Positions 35,813 to 49,380 of a stretch of 64,000 nucleotides of DNA are shown here, piece by piece. This DNA comes from Pristiophorus japonicus (taxonomy: Eukaryota). The stretch covers positions 178,684,001 to 178,748,000 of the forward strand of contig NC_091991.1 in NCBI RefSeq assembly GCF_044704955.1, in the 5' to 3' direction. A model generated the notes under the pieces. The model saw only the letters and a program-made list of their open reading frames with translations, had not been told where the DNA came from and did not search any database. Position numbers and translations under genes: made by a program. Every line of letters begins with the position of its first letter. Positions within the stretch are counted from its first letter, which is position 1.

Positions 35813-38800
35813 TAGAACATAAGAATTAGGAGCAGGAGTGGGCCATACGGCCCCTCGAGCCTGCTCCGCCATTCAATAAGATCATGGCTGAACTTCTACA
35901 TCAACTCCACTTTCCCACCCTATCCTCATATCTCTTGATTTCCTTAATATCCAAAAATTTATCGAACTCTGTCTTAAATATACTCACCAACTGAGCCTCC
36001 ACAGTTCTCTGGGGTAGAAAATTCCAAAGATTCACCACCCTCCTGAGTGAAGAAATGTCTCCTCATCTCAGACCTAAGTGGTCACTTACCTATCCTGAGA
36101 CTATGCCCCCGAGTTCTAGACTCCCCAGCCAGAGGAAACATCCTGTCAGCATCTACCCTGTTAAGCCCTCTAAGAATGTTGGACATTTCAATGAGATCAC
36201 TGCTCATTCTTCTAAATTCCAGAGAGTATTGTCCCATTCTACTCAATGTCTCCTCATATGACAGAACTCTCCTCCCAGGAATCAATTCAGTGAACCTTTA
36301 ATGCACCCCTTTAAGGCAAGTATATCTTTCCTTAGGTAAGGAGACTAAACTGTGCACATTGCTCCAGATCTGGTCTCACCAAAGCCTTATATAATTGCAG
36401 TAAGACCTCTTTACTTTTACTTGCAATAAAGGCCCTTGCTCTCCTAATTGCTTGTTGTACCTGCATATTAACTTTCTGTGATTTGTGTACAAAGGACACC
36501 CAAATCGCTCTGAATATCAACATTTTCTAGTCTCACCTTTTAAAAATATTCTGCTTTTCCATTCTTCCTACGAAAATGGATAATTGCACACTTCCCCATA
36601 TTCTTGCCCACTCACTTAACCTGCCCATATCCCTTTGCAGCCTCTTTGTGTACTCCTCACTGCTTACTTTTCCCTCCAGGCTTTGTATCATAAGCATGTA
36701 TACTTTACACTTGGTCCCCTCATGTAAGTTATTGATATAGATTGTAAATAGCTGGGGCCCAAGCACTGATCCTTGCGGCACTCCACCAGTTACACCCTGC
36801 CATCGCGAAAATTACCCGTTTATTCCTACTCTCGTTTTTCTGTCTGTTAATCCTCAATCCAAGCTAATATATTACCCCTAATCCTATGAGCCCTAATCAT
36901 GTGTAACAACCTCTTGTGTGGCACCTTATCGAAAACCTTCTGAAGTCCAAATATACTGCATCCACTGGTTACCCCTTATCTACCCTGATAGTTACTATTA
37001 AGCAACCTCCTTCCTCCTCTGGTTCACAACAACACATTTCGAGTAAGCACGAGACTTCATAGAGGAGTGTACGGAACAGACTTTATTGATACACAGTAAA
37101 GGTGATCGTTAACTGCATGCACGGTTTCTGTATCTTTCAAGCAGTTTCTGACAAACTGTTGAAAACCAAGCTCCTTTATTCACCATATTGTAACTACATC
37201 AAAGGAAAATATCAAAATGACGTATCTATTTATGTAAATAGTTTGAAATTGTTTACCTCAGAATTGTCCCTTACACGAGACTTCCTTTACCTACTGTTAT
37301 CTTTAGCAAAGGGACTCATTACCCCTGTTTTATTACCCTAAAATTAAACCACTCATAGGTGATATTATTACTAACACTCATTCCCTTACACAAGCACTTT
37401 ATATTTCAGAAAACAAGCAATGCCTTCTCCTCACGACACTTCAAAATCATCCTGTTTATATCTGAAAGCCTGTTGCTCTAAGATACAAAGTAGTTTGACT
37501 GTTAACCCAAACTCCCCAAGATGTGCAACATACATTTCTCCCGGATGTCACCCTCAAAAATCTCTTAATAAATTTGTCAAACGCAATTTCCCTTCCATAA
37601 AACCGTGATGACTCTGCCTAATCATATTGTGATTTTCCAAGTGTCCTGTTACCACATCCTTAATAATACGATCTAGCAATTCCCGACTACTGATGTCAGG
37701 CTAACTGGCCTATAGTTCCCTGTTTTCTCTCCCTCCTTTCTTGAACAGCAGGGTTGCATTTGCTACCTTCCAATCCATGGGGACCATTCTAGAATCTGGA
37801 ATTTTGGAAGATCATCCACTATCTCTCTAGGCACTTCTTTTAAAACCCAAGGATTTAGGCCATCAGGTCCGGGGGATTTGGCGGCTTTTTGTCCCATTAA
37901 TTTCACCAGTAGTTTTTCTTTACTAATATTAATTACTTTGAATTCCTCACTCTAGATCCTTGGATCCCCACAATTTCTGGTATGTTTTTTGTGTCTTCTG
38001 CTGTGAAGACAGGTACAAAATATTTGTTTAGCATCTCTGCCATTTCCTTGCCTAAGGAGAGAGATTCCTCATAATTTCTGCTGTCTCTGCCTCTAAGGGA
38101 CCCACGTTTACTTTCGCTAATTTCTTCCTTGTAAAAGCTCTTACAATCTTTTTATATTTCTTGCCAGTTTACTTTCTCATTCTATTTTCTCCCTCTTTAT
38201 CAATTTCATGGTCATCCTTTGCTGATTTTTAAAACTCAATCCTCAGGATTACTACTCTTTTTGGCAACATTGTAAGCCGCTTTTAGAAACATAGAAAATA
38301 GGCGCAGGAGTAGGAGCCTGCACCGCCATTCAATGAGTTCATGGCTGAACATGCAACTTCAGTACCCCATTCCTGCTTTCTCGCCATACCCCTTGACTTC
38401 CCCTAGTAGTAAGGACTACATCTAACTCCTTTTTGAATATATTTAGTGAATTGGCCTCAACAACTTTCTGTGGTAGAGAATTCCACAGGTTCACCACTCT
38501 CTGGGTGAAGAAGTTTCTCCTCATCTCGGTCCTAAATGGCTTACCCCTTATCCTTAGACTGTGAGCCCTGGTTCTGGACTTCCCCAACATTGGGAACATT
38601 CTCCCTGCATCTAACCTGTCTAAACCCATCAGAACCTTAAACGTTTCTCTGAGATCCCCTCTCATTCTTCTGAACTCCAGTGAATACAAGCCCAGTTGAT
38701 CCAGTCTTTCTTGATATGTCAGTCCCGCCATCCCGGGAATCAGTCTGGTGAACCTTCACTGCACTCCCTCAATAGCAAGAATGTCCTTCCTCAAGTTAGG

Positions 38801-39460
38801 AGACCAAAACTGTACACAATACTCCAGGTGTGGCCTCACCAAAGCCCTGTACAGCTGTAGTAACACCTCCCTGCCCCTGTACTCAAATCCCCTCGTTATG
38901 AAGGCCAACATGCCATTTGCTTTCTTAACCGCCTGCTGTACCTGCATGCTAACCTTCAATGACTGATGTACCATGACACCCAGGTCTCATTGCACCTCCC
39001 CTTTTCCTAATCTGTCACCATTCAGATAATAGTCTGTCTCTCTGTTTTTACCACCAAAGTGGATAACCTCACATTTATCCACATTATACTTCATCTGCCA
39101 TGCATTGCCAACTCACCTAACCTATCCAACTCACTCTGCAGCCTCATAGCATCCTCCTCCAGCTCACACTGCCACCCAACTTAATGTCATCTGCAAATTT
39201 GGAGATACTACATTTAATCCCCTCGTCTAAATCATTAATGTACAATGTAAACAGCTGGGGCCCCAGCACAGAACCTTGCGGTACCCCACTAGTCACTGCC
39301 TGCCATTCTGAAAAGTACCCATTTACTCCTACTCTTTGCTTCCTGTCTGACAACCAGTTCTCAATCCACGTCAGCACACTACCCACAATCCCATTTAAAA
39401 CTATCCTTAACTTCTCTAGTTAGCCATGGTTGTACCACTTTTCCTCAAGGGAATGTATAT
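35813..39460 (-). mobile_element. Older CR1 LINE carrying nested insertions (~36997-37550 unknown element; 38284-39393 younger CR1)
   Basis: RT ORF remnants 36082-36781; host sequence resumes after each insert. Confidence 0.8.
38284..39393 (-). mobile_element. Younger CR1 3' fragment (same subfamily as 14572-18630); shows the empty site of the snRNA-mosaic insertion
   Basis: Near-identical to 14580-16030 but with a single cacattatacttcatctgcc at ~39080. Confidence 0.9.
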
Positions 39461-40649
39461 TTATTGAGGTATATCTGAGGAAACTTAAAATGTATTCAGG
39501 TGTATCTGAGGGGAGCAGCAATATGTTCAGGTGTGTTGTAGAGCTGTGGGGGGAAACTTGGGAAAAATAGGAACAAAATAGGGAAACACCAGAGCAGCGG
39601 GAACTAGACAAATGGCAGCGATGAATGCAGCAAAAGGACGAGGAGGGGAATGATAATCAAGTAACAGAAAACAAAAAAGAGGAAGCAAGTTGGGAGCAGA
39701 AGAGCTCTGAACCGAGTTACAGTCTGTGTCAAAGATCAGCTGAATGTCACAATAATTCTCATCATTAATTTCTTCATATTCAATTTCACTTATCTTTTAG
39801 AACTCTCACTTCCTCTCTAACTTGCTCTTTTCATCTTGTGATACTGGAAGATTGTGTTTTAACAACTTTTGTTCATTTCCTCTCTTGGGCTCTTTTATAC
39901 CTCCTCAAATATCTTTTAATATGTTTTAGTAAATTCCTAAACTCCTCCCAGAGATCTCCCCTCTTCCCACATGCTTCGTGCAGTTTATTTTCTTACTCAC
40001 ATTTCAGTTACTTTATTTATTTATCCACCTTGCGGATTGCTTGTTTAGTTTATATTGAATTTTCTTGGGCTACACTCTTATTCTTTTCAGGGAAATATTG
40101 GGAGCCCTGACGGATCCAAATGGTGATATTGATATTCAAAGACATGATATTAGTGACTGGGGGGGGGGGGGGGGAGGGGGGAGTGGCAGATATTCTAGAA
40201 TCATACAGCACAGGAGGAGACCAATCGGCCCATTATGGCTGTGCCGACTTTTTGAAAGAACGATCCAATTAGTTCCACTCCCTCGCTCTCTCCCCATAGC
40301 CTTGCAAATCTTTCCTTCTCGGGTATACATTCCATTCCTTTCTAAATGACTTCTTTGTGTCAATGTTCACAGAGGATGTTCACATGGGCTCAATTTCCAA
40401 AACACAGGTGCAATTTCCAGGAAAGGATGAGGAAATAATAAGGATGTTAAACGATACAAATAAGACTGAGGTACTGAAAGAGAAAACAAGCCCAACTCAT
40501 ATGGACTGCATGCTGGGGTTATTCCTACATTATGACAGTGACTAAACTTCAAAAGTACGTCACTGGCTGTGAAGCACTTTGGGAAGTCCAGAGGTTATGA
40601 AAGACCCTATACAAATTCAAGTTCTTTCTTTCTATAACTTCATATCCTG

Positions 40650-41120
40650 CCATTCAAACTAGCACCATGACTTCATGCCTTTGTCCTCCTGACTCAACTA
40701 TTCCAATAGTCTCCATCCTCCGCCTTTTGTAAAATTCATCTCATTCAAAAACACTGCTGTTCGTATCCTCTTCCTCATCCTCATGTTTAAATCCCTTCAT
40801 GGCCTTACCTCTCCCTATCTCTGTAACCTCCTTCAGCTACAACCCCCTGAACTCTGCTCCTCTGACCCTGGTCTCTTGCGTATCCCCTTGCCTTTTGCCC
40901 CACCATTGGTGGTCATGCCTTCAGCCATTTAGGCCCCATGCTCTGGAATTCCCTCCATAAATCATCCACCCCTCTTCCTTCAAGGCCGTCCTTAAAACCT
41001 ACCTAATGGTCACCATTTGTAGTATCTCCTTCTTTGTCTCAGCATCCATCTTTGTCTGATTATGCCTCTGTGAAGTGTATTGGGATGGTTTTTTTCCTGA
41101 TAAAGGCGCTACATAAATTC
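40650..41120 (+). mobile_element. L2-like LINE 3' remnant
   Basis: Motifs cctatctctgtaacctcc, gccttcagc, ctctggaattccctcc and ccttaaaacctacct, typical of L2 3' ends. Confidence 0.6.
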
Positions 41121-41959
41121 ATGTTGATGATGTTATTGGTGTGCCCGCTGTAATAAGTGTTGGACCAGAAAGTGGAAAGTAATTCAGGTTCCCACTTCCT
41201 GATGTAAAGTGTGTGCAGGAGACATCAGGGGAGGACATGCTTGGGCATGGTTGTGATACCTCTAGAGGGGAATAGGCAGCCAACAGCTCACTGTCCAGAT
41301 CCACATATTAGAATAGCTACCGGAGGGCAGCCAGCACTTGTGGAACTGTACCGCAGTATGGCATCGGCACCATTTGGGCTGGGGGGAGGAGAGAAAATTG
41401 AATAAACACAAAAAGAAAATTGACTCCACAATCTCCAGAGCAACGAGAATGAGGCATGGTGGCAGCGAGAGAACATGGGTCACAAGGGATGAAGAAGATA
41501 ATAATATCAAGCATAGGAAGTGAAAAAGAGGAAACAAGTGAGGAACAGAACACTCTGGACTTTCAAGACTGAATTTGGTGTCAGTCTGTCATGAGACCAA
41601 GTCAATGTCACAGATAATGAACAAATTACCACAAGAAGCATAAAAACGATGAGAAATAAAAACACAGCTGGATCTGGCCAGTGTTTCAATGCAGTGAGAA
41701 GTGAATACACTGGTAGTCAGACTGAGTGAGGCATTGGCTTTATCTTGAAGCACCAAATATGGGAATCAGTGAGTGGGGAATATCTGGCGTGACAGTTTGA
41801 GGGATGAGTTTTGATGGGTCAAACATATTCATTCACCTGTGACTTTTATGTAGTGACAATTCAACAACTCTTTATTTGGACAGATTAAAGCCAAAGGGGG
41901 CATTTACTGGTATGTGAGAGAGGGTATTAGTTTGTGTTTGAAGGACATTGGTTTACTTG

Positions 41960-42455
41960 TCTCTAACCTGCACTGTACCTGCCCTGGGAGTGTTTGATGG
42001 GACAGTGTAGAGGGAGCTTTACTCTGTATCTAACCCCTTGTACCTGCCCTGGGAGTGTTTGATGAGACAATGTAGAGGGAGCTTTACGCTGTATCTAACC
42101 CCATGCTGTACCTTCCCTGGGAGTTTGATGGCAGCGTAGAGGAAGCTTTATACTGTATCTAACCCTCTGTACCTGCCCTGGGACTGTTTGATGGGACAGT
42201 GCAGAGGGAGCTTTACTCTATCTAACCCGTGCTGTACCTGATTGGGACTGTTTGATGGGACAGTGCAGAGGGAGCTTTACTCTATCTAACCCGTGCTGTA
42301 CCTGATTGGGAGTGTTTGATGGGACAGTGCAGAGGGAGCTTTACTCTATCTAACCCGTGCTGTACCTGATTGGGAGTGTTTGATGGGACAGTGCAGAGGG
42401 AGCTTTACTCGATCTAACCCGTGCTGTACCTGATTGGGAGTGTTTGATGGGACAG
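41960..42455. repeat. ~59-bp tandem repeat (tgtacctgccctgggagtgtttgatgggacagtgtagagggagctttactctgtatctaaccc..) x ~8
   Basis: Directly visible units with two sub-variants. Confidence 0.92.
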
Positions 42456-43607
42456 CAATGGTTAGTTTTCTGTGTGCCCCCTGTAGAGCAGACACATTTA
42501 CATGTTATTATAGGGGTCTCACTGCTATTTGCTCCATTGCCAGGTTATCCAACTCATAAATAGCTGGGAAGGAAGAGGGAGAGACTAGAGTAGCTGGAAC
42601 TGTTCTCCTTACAGAAGAAAAGGTTTGGAGAATTTTAATAGAGACGTTCAAAATAATGTGTGAAAGACTTGCATTTAGATTGCTTCTTTCACGACCACCT
42701 GATGTCCCAAAGCGTTTTACAGCCAATGAAGTACTTTTTGAAGTGTAGTCACTGTTGTAATGTAGCAAACACAGCAGACAATTTGTGCACAGCAAGCTCC
42801 CACAAACAGCAATGTGGTATTGACCAGATAATCTGTTTTACTGATGTTGATTGAGGAATAATAAGGAAAATCTCTCCACTGGCATGAGGATCGGCAAGTA
42901 GAGGACACAGATTTAGTAAAAGAACCCTTCGGGGGTGATAAATTATCTTTTTTTTTTTACTCGGAGAGTTACTTTAACCTGGAATATAGTGGCTGTACGG
43001 GCACTGGAAAGCAAATTCAATGGTGATTTTCAATAGAGAATTGGATATATACTTGAGAAGGAAAAAAATTGCAGAGCTATGGGGAAAGAGCAGTGGTGAG
43101 GGAATAATTAGCTCTTTCAAAGAGCCGACACAAGCACAATGCACCAAATGGCCTCCTTCTGTGGTGTAAGATTTTGTGAGGTCTAAAATTATGAAGGTTT
43201 GATAGGATGGATGTGGAGAAACGGTTTCCACTGGTGGGTGTCATCCTTATTTTCAAATCCCTCCATGCCCTCGCCACTCCCTATCTCTGCAATCTCCTCC
43301 AGCCCCACAACCCTCCGATAACTGCGCTCCTCCAATTCTGGCCTCTTGAGCATCCCTCGGTTTTAATCGCTGCACCATTGCCGGCCGTGCCTTCAGCTAG
43401 CTAGGCCTTGAGCTCTGGAAATCCCTCCCTCAACTAGATTAGGGCAAGAGAGATGATGCTAATTACAGAGCGCTTAAAAATGTTTTTCTGCTGAGCTAGG
43501 ATGATTGGGGGCTCTCGACTGCCTAGCTACCGAGCCTTAACCTTATTTTTTAAATTTGCGTTGTCAGGAGTCACTCCCTATCTCCGACATGTGGCTCGTG
43601 TTTGATA

Positions 43608-43877
43608 ATAGAAACATAGAAAATAGGTGCAGGAGTAGACCCTTCAAGCCTGCACCGCCATTCAATGAGTTCATGGCTGAACATGCAACTTCAGTACCCC
43701 ATTCCTGCTTTCTTGCCATACCCCTTGATCCCCCTAGTAGCAAGGACTACATCTAACTCCTTTTTAAATATATTTAGTGAATTGGCCTCAACAACTTTCT
43801 GTGGTAGAGAATTCCACAGGTTCACCACTCTCTGGGTGAAGAAGTTTCTCCTCATCTCAGTCCTAAATGGCTTAACC
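43608..43877 (-). mobile_element. CR1 LINE 3' end
   Basis: tagaaacatagaaaatagg tail and 3' UTR matching other copies. Confidence 0.85.
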
Positions 43878-44519
43878 CTTGCTCATGAAGCTGCCCGAAA
43901 GGGTGGTAAAGGCAGAAACCCTCACCTTTAAAAAGTACTTAAATATGCAGTTGAAGTGCCATAACCTACAGGGTTACAGCCCAAGAGCTGGAAAATGGGA
44001 TTAGGCTGGATAGTTCTTTGTCAGCCGGCAGACACGAGACCTCCTTCTGTGCTGTAAATTTCTATGATTCGATAAGCTCCGTGGGATGTTTTACTACATT
44101 AAAGGTGCTATATAAATACAAGCTGTTATGTGGCCAGGCTCCTATGGTTCACTGTTTCTGGTACAATTATCCACAGGGTGAGGAGCTGCCTTAGAAATGC
44201 AGCCAAGAACAGGAACCAACATTCAGCTTGGAACAAAGCCCATTTCTGATCACTTCTGCTCAGGTCACTGGGTACAGATCTGAAGCAGAGCTAAAGCTCC
44301 TGTTACTATTTCAGGGTTGACAGTATTTAGAACTGGTGATGGGCAGTTACTAAACTTGGACGACAGTAAATATACACGTTGAAGGTGTAGTACAGGCACA
44401 GGGACTAAATGGCCTCATTTGATGCTGTCATTTCGACAATCCAGTATGTTTCAACAATAAACTACACTCTGCTTCTGGAAGTGTCCAGATGCCACAGCAC
44501 AACTGAAGAGAAATAACTT

Positions 44520-44525
44520 TTTATT
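44520..44525 (-). terminator. Probable PGP polyadenylation signal AATAAA
   Basis: tttatt on the + strand ~370 nt after the PGP stop. Confidence 0.55.
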
Positions 44526-44895
44526 TTGATTCAATGCTGGATACAGAAAGACCAGCATAACTGTACCCTAGCAGACAGTGTTATTAACAGACACTGTCTC
44601 CCTGCTGTTGCAGTCACATATTGCTGCCTGCACAGGTGTGCACTGCACTGCCATGCCATGGGCAAGTGCATCAGGTCTGTCCATTGAAGCGCACCTTTGT
44701 TACAGCCTCATTCACAACAAGAAATAGCAGTCGTTATACAGACAACCCTTTCAAATAAAACTTTTACACAAAAACATTTAACACTTGTCATTGCACTTAG
44801 AGGTACTCAGAATATTAGTGTGCGTACAGTACGAAGGATAATTCAGGATAAATTAAAAATCCATTCATAAAAATCAGCAGGATGTCCTGCTTTTG

Positions 44896-45218
44896 TCAAT
44901 CCAGTGCTGGGAGCAAGTCCGCCACGCTGTTCACGTAATAGCTGGGGACCAGCTTGTGGCGTTCCGCAGAGTCACTTTCCTGATGGGCCCGCGCCTCTTC
45001 CAGGGTGGAAACGCCAGTCAGGGTCAGGATGGTGCGGATGCCGCAGTTTGACCCCATGAGGATGTCAGTGTCCAGCCGGTCTCCCACCATAATTGTCCTG
45101 CTCAGGTCAACGCCGTGCTCTTTGACCAAGCATTCGAACATAAAGGTGCCGGGCTTGCCAATGACGTGAGCGGTGCGATTCGTCGCTGCCTCGACCGCCT
45201 TCACCAAGCAGCCCGTGC
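44896..45218 (-). CDS. PGP: PGP (phosphoglycolate/glycerol-3-phosphate phosphatase, HAD class IIA) exon 2
   Basis: ccccacag| acceptor; GTGCLV...IGKP...[10 protein letters not shown]...LTGVS HAD motifs III/IV; TGA at 44898-44896. Confidence 0.95.
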
Positions 45219-46749
45219 CTGTGGGGGGAGAGAGAGAGAACAATTAGGTGGCTGAATGAAAAGGGGATTCAAATTGTCATGTAAACACAATCTACCTCAC
45301 CCACCCTCAGAATTGACTTGAAGATGACTGTCACACCCGCCAAATACTCACCTCATCCACATTTCCCAAATATCTGTTCTATTGTCGAGTGTGTAAACAA
45401 TGAGCCATTTGCACTACAGGCTTATTAATGGGGTCTCTCTGCTCATTTTGCTTATTCCCCCCATGGCTATTTTCTGACCCAGATACGGCGGTTTAAAATC
45501 ACCAAACACGAGACACACACACACACTGCACCAGCTTCTCACAGCTATCAGAATTAATTCACATCTCACTTACTGCTACAGCACAACTAGGCGGGGAGAG
45601 AAAAGTAGTACTCAAAAAAATTCAAATTCCTTCTCGCGGGGGACTGGGAATAGGGAATTCGAGGAGCGCTGGAAATAAGCAGATGGGATTTGCAGCACAA
45701 AACGCGGTTCATGGTTCATGACAACTGCAGTATGGATAGAGGGCATAAACGACAAAAGTAGGCAGAGACTGGATGTAAGGCAGTTATGATTTTCCCCAGA
45801 GAGTAGTGAGCCCCTGGAATACATTGCCAGCTGGTGTGGTGGGTGCTGACTCTCTGTAGGTCTTCAAGAGGGAGCTGAACCGGTTTTTAACTGGGGGCAG
45901 AGATGGCATGACATCGAAGGCAAGTGGCTTTATAGACAACATTTGGTCCAGGGGTCTTGGGCTGGCTACCGATTGCGTGAGGGGAGGGGGTTGGAGAGGA
46001 ATTTCCCGGGTAATTTTCCCTCATTGGTCCTGGGTTTTTTGCCTCCTAGGAGATTACGTGGCTGTGGGGTGAGAAGTGTCCAGTCAGGATGCTCCAGCTA
46101 TCATGAGTATGAGGCAGGCTTGAGGGACCAGCTGGTCTTTTAGAAGGATATCCATCCCCAGTCCAAAGCTCTAGTGGTACAATAAACATGGTGACCAAGC
46201 AGTGACTGACAGTGACACAGTAATCAAACAGGGGCCACACTGACATTACAACTGAGCACGAATGAATCAAACACCGTAACCGAGCACAGGCACGAGCTGA
46301 AGCTTGAACAGTTTCTGATGGTACCAATGGTATCCTTTGGGAGTAAGGGACTGAGTGCATTGCCATGTTTTATTTCCTAGTACAAGACACACAGATGCTC
46401 TTGCTGGCATCAGGCTTTATCCTGCTTAACAGTAGGCAAGGGATTAAATCATTACGTCTTTCACCAGATAGCTGACTGGAGCATACAGCAATTCCCCTGT
46501 TCACTCTATGTCATTGCTAGATCAGATTCAGGATTAAACCCCAAAAAATGATACAATCCAAGCCAATGGAATCCAATCCCCAAAATATTAGTAAATGTCC
46601 TATGTGCACACAGAATGTGATTTATTCACTCCCTGTTGAACAGCACGCTTGTGCATTACTTCACCAATCACCACTCAGCACATCCGCCATCCTGGTCTCA
46701 GTCAATGCTCTTCCACCCCCAAGCAGTCAGTCTCCAGAAGAACAGCACA

Positions 46750-47900
46750 TAATAGGAGCAGGAGTAGGCCATTCAGCCCTTCGAGCCTACTCCGCTATTC
46801 AATATCATGGCTGATATTCTCCCTCAACAATATCCCTTAGTATCTAAAAATCTATCAATCCATGTCTTGAATACACTCAATGAGTGAGCATCCACAGGAC
46901 TCTGGGGTAGAGAATTCCAATTGTTCACAAACCTTAGAGTAAAAAAAATTCTCATTTCAGGCCTTATTCTGATGTGATCCCTAGTTCTAGACTCCCCAGC
47001 CAGAGTCTACCCTGTTAAGAGGCTTAAGAATTTTATACATTTCAATGAATTACATCTCATTCTGCTAAACTCAATGGAGTATAGGCCTAGTCTACTCATA
47101 GTCTCTCCTCACAGGACAATCCCCTCATCCCAGGAATCAGTCTAGTGAACCTTTGTTGCACTCCCTCTAAGACAAGCATATTCTTCCTTCGATAAGGAGA
47201 CCAAAACTACCAAAGCCCTGTATAACTGCAGCGACTTCTTTATTCCAATCCTTTTGTAATAAAGACCAACATACCATTTGCTTTCCTAATTGCTTGCTGA
47301 ACCTGCATGTTAACTTTGTGATTCATGTACAAGGACACCCAGCTCTCTCTGAACACCAACATTTCCCAATCTCTCACCATTTAAAAAATACTCTGCTTTT
47401 CTATTTTTTCTACCAAAAGTGGATAACTTCACATTTCAATCCATCTGCCATGTTCTTGCCCACTCACATAACCTATCTATATCCTTTTGCAGACTTTTGT
47501 GCCCTCCTAACAATTTACTTTCCCACCTAGCTTTGTATCATCAGCAAACTTGGATACATTACACTCAGACCCCTCGTCAAAGTAATTGATATAGATTGTA
47601 AATAGCTGAGGCCCAAGCACTGATCCTTGCGGTACCCCACTAGTTACAGCCCACCAATCTAAAAATGACCTGTTTATTCCAACTGTTTTCTGTCTGCTAA
47701 CCAATCCTCAATCCATGGTAATATATTACCCCCAATTCAATGAGGCCTAATTTAGTGTAATAACCTCTTGTGGCATCTTATCAAATGCTTTTTGAAAATC
47801 CAAATGGACGACATCCACTGGTTCCTGCTAGTTACTTCAATCAATTCACGCTGGCACTGCCCAACCATATTATGGTTTTCTAAGTGCCCTGTCACCACGT
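46750..47900 (-). mobile_element. Degraded CR1 RT fragment in the PGP intron
   Basis: [13 protein letters not shown]...FADDTKLGG (47507-47704). Confidence 0.85.
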
Positions 47901-48159
47901 CCCCAACATCTTCCCTATCACGGCTACTTTCCCTACCATTGCCCTGGTTCCTCAGTTTTCCATTGTTTCTCCCTCTCCCCCTTTCCACATTGAGTGTCTC
48001 CCACCCTGGCTCTCCTTCAACGCCCCCTACCCCATGTCTCTCCCTCTTCTTGCCCCCCCCATCCTCTCTCTCTCTCTCTCTCTCTCCCTCCCTCCTCCCC
48101 CTTTCCTCTCTCTCTCCCTCCCCCCCTTTCTCCTCTCTTCCCTCCCCCCATTTCTTCCC

Positions 48160-48730
48160 NNNNNNNNNNNNNNNNNNNNNNNNNNNNNNNNNNNNNNNNN
48201 NNNNNNNNNNNNNNNNNNNNNNNNNNNNNNNNNNNNNNNNNNNNNNNNNNNNNNNNNNNNNNNNNNNNNNNNNNNNNNNNNNNNNNNNNNNNNNNNNNNN
48301 NNNNNNNNNNNNNNNNNNNNNNNNNNNNNNNNNNNNNNNNNNNNNNNNNNNNNNNNNNNNNNNNNNNNNNNNNNNNNNNNNNNNNNNNNNNNNNNNNNNN
48401 NNNNNNNNNNNNNNNNNNCTCTCTCTCTCTCCCCCCCTCTTCTCTCTCTCTCTCCCCCTCTTCTCTCTCTCTCTCCCCCTCTTCTCTCTCTCTCTCTTCC
48501 CCCCTCTTCTCTCTCTCCTCCCCCCTCTTCNNNNNNNNNNNNNNNNNNNNNNNNNNNNNNNNNNNNNNNNNNNNNNNNNNNNNNNNNNNNNNNNNNNNNN
48601 NNNNNNNNNNNNNNNNNNNNNNNNNNNNNNNNNNNNNNNNNNNNNNNNNNNNNNNNNNNNNNNNNNNNNNNNNNNNNNNNNNNNNNNNNNNNNNNNNNNN
48701 NNNNNNNNNNNNNNNNNNNNNNNNNNNNNN
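48160..48730. other. Two assembly gaps (48160-48418, 48531-48730) within CT-rich sequence; they hide the end of PGP exon 1
   Basis: N runs; the PGP frame runs into the gap without a donor site. Confidence 0.95.
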
Positions 48731-49094
48731 TGCCCTGGGCCTGCAGCTCGCCGCGGAGGGCCGCGCTGCCGATCAGGTAGACAGAGCCGCAGAGCCGGGC
48801 CTCCTGCCGCAGGTAGAGCGCGGCGCAGGGCGCGGTGCCGAACACCTGCTCCGGCCCCGCCGCGAAGCCCAGGCCCCGCAGCTTGTCGCCGTACATCCGC
48901 CGGCTCTTGGTGCTGTTGTTGGTCAGGAAGAAGACCCGCTTGCCGCGCTCCTGCAGCCGGTTCACCAGCTGCGCGGCCCCGGGGATCGGGCTGTCGCCCT
49001 TCCACAGCACCCCGTCACAGTCAAAGACCAGGGCGTCGAGCGACGCCAGCAGCTCCGAGCCCAGAGCCCCGGACAGCGGCAGGCAGGTGGCCAT
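48731..49094 (-). CDS. PGP: PGP exon 1 (visible part): MATCLPLSG...VFDCDGVLW...FLTNNS...
   Basis: ccgccATGG Kozak at 49094; HAD motif I DCDGVL and motif II TNNS; CpG-rich. Confidence 0.95.
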
Positions 49095-49099
49095 GGCGG

Positions 49100-49380
49100 G
49101 CGGAGGAGGCAGCGGCCCAGCGCGGCCCGGCGAGTACAGCCAGCCGGCCGGCCCCGCCCCGTGAGGGCACGCCACGCCACGCCACGCCCCGCCCCGTGAG
49201 GGCACGCCACGCCCCCTCCGACACAGCCTCGCCAATGGCCACGCCCACGCCTTGCATTCCCCGCCCCCTGAGGTCAAGGCCCGCCCACACCCGGCATTGA
49301 CCCGCCCTCTGAGGACCAAACCGCCCCGCCCCGCCCCCTTCGTCATAATCTCGCCCAAATCTGCATTCCCCGCCCCTTCT
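49100..49380 (-). promoter_or_regulatory. PGP CpG-island promoter with multiple GC boxes and a CCAAT
   Basis: Repeated ccccgcccc (Sp1) sites, gccaat at ~49231, duplicated gccccgccccgtgagggcacgccacgcc block. Confidence 0.75.

Noticed and set aside
41960-42455. Possible CRISPR array or hammerhead ribozyme repeat
   Set aside because: Eukaryotic context, no unique spacers, and no complete CUGANGA...GAAA core.
48531-48730. PGP pseudogenisation (missing middle of the protein)
   Set aside because: The missing part coincides with an assembly gap; both visible parts are intact.
47752-49358. 400-500-aa ORFs spanning the gaps
   Set aside because: Artefacts of N runs and CT-rich sequence; only the PGP frame from ATG 49094 is supported.
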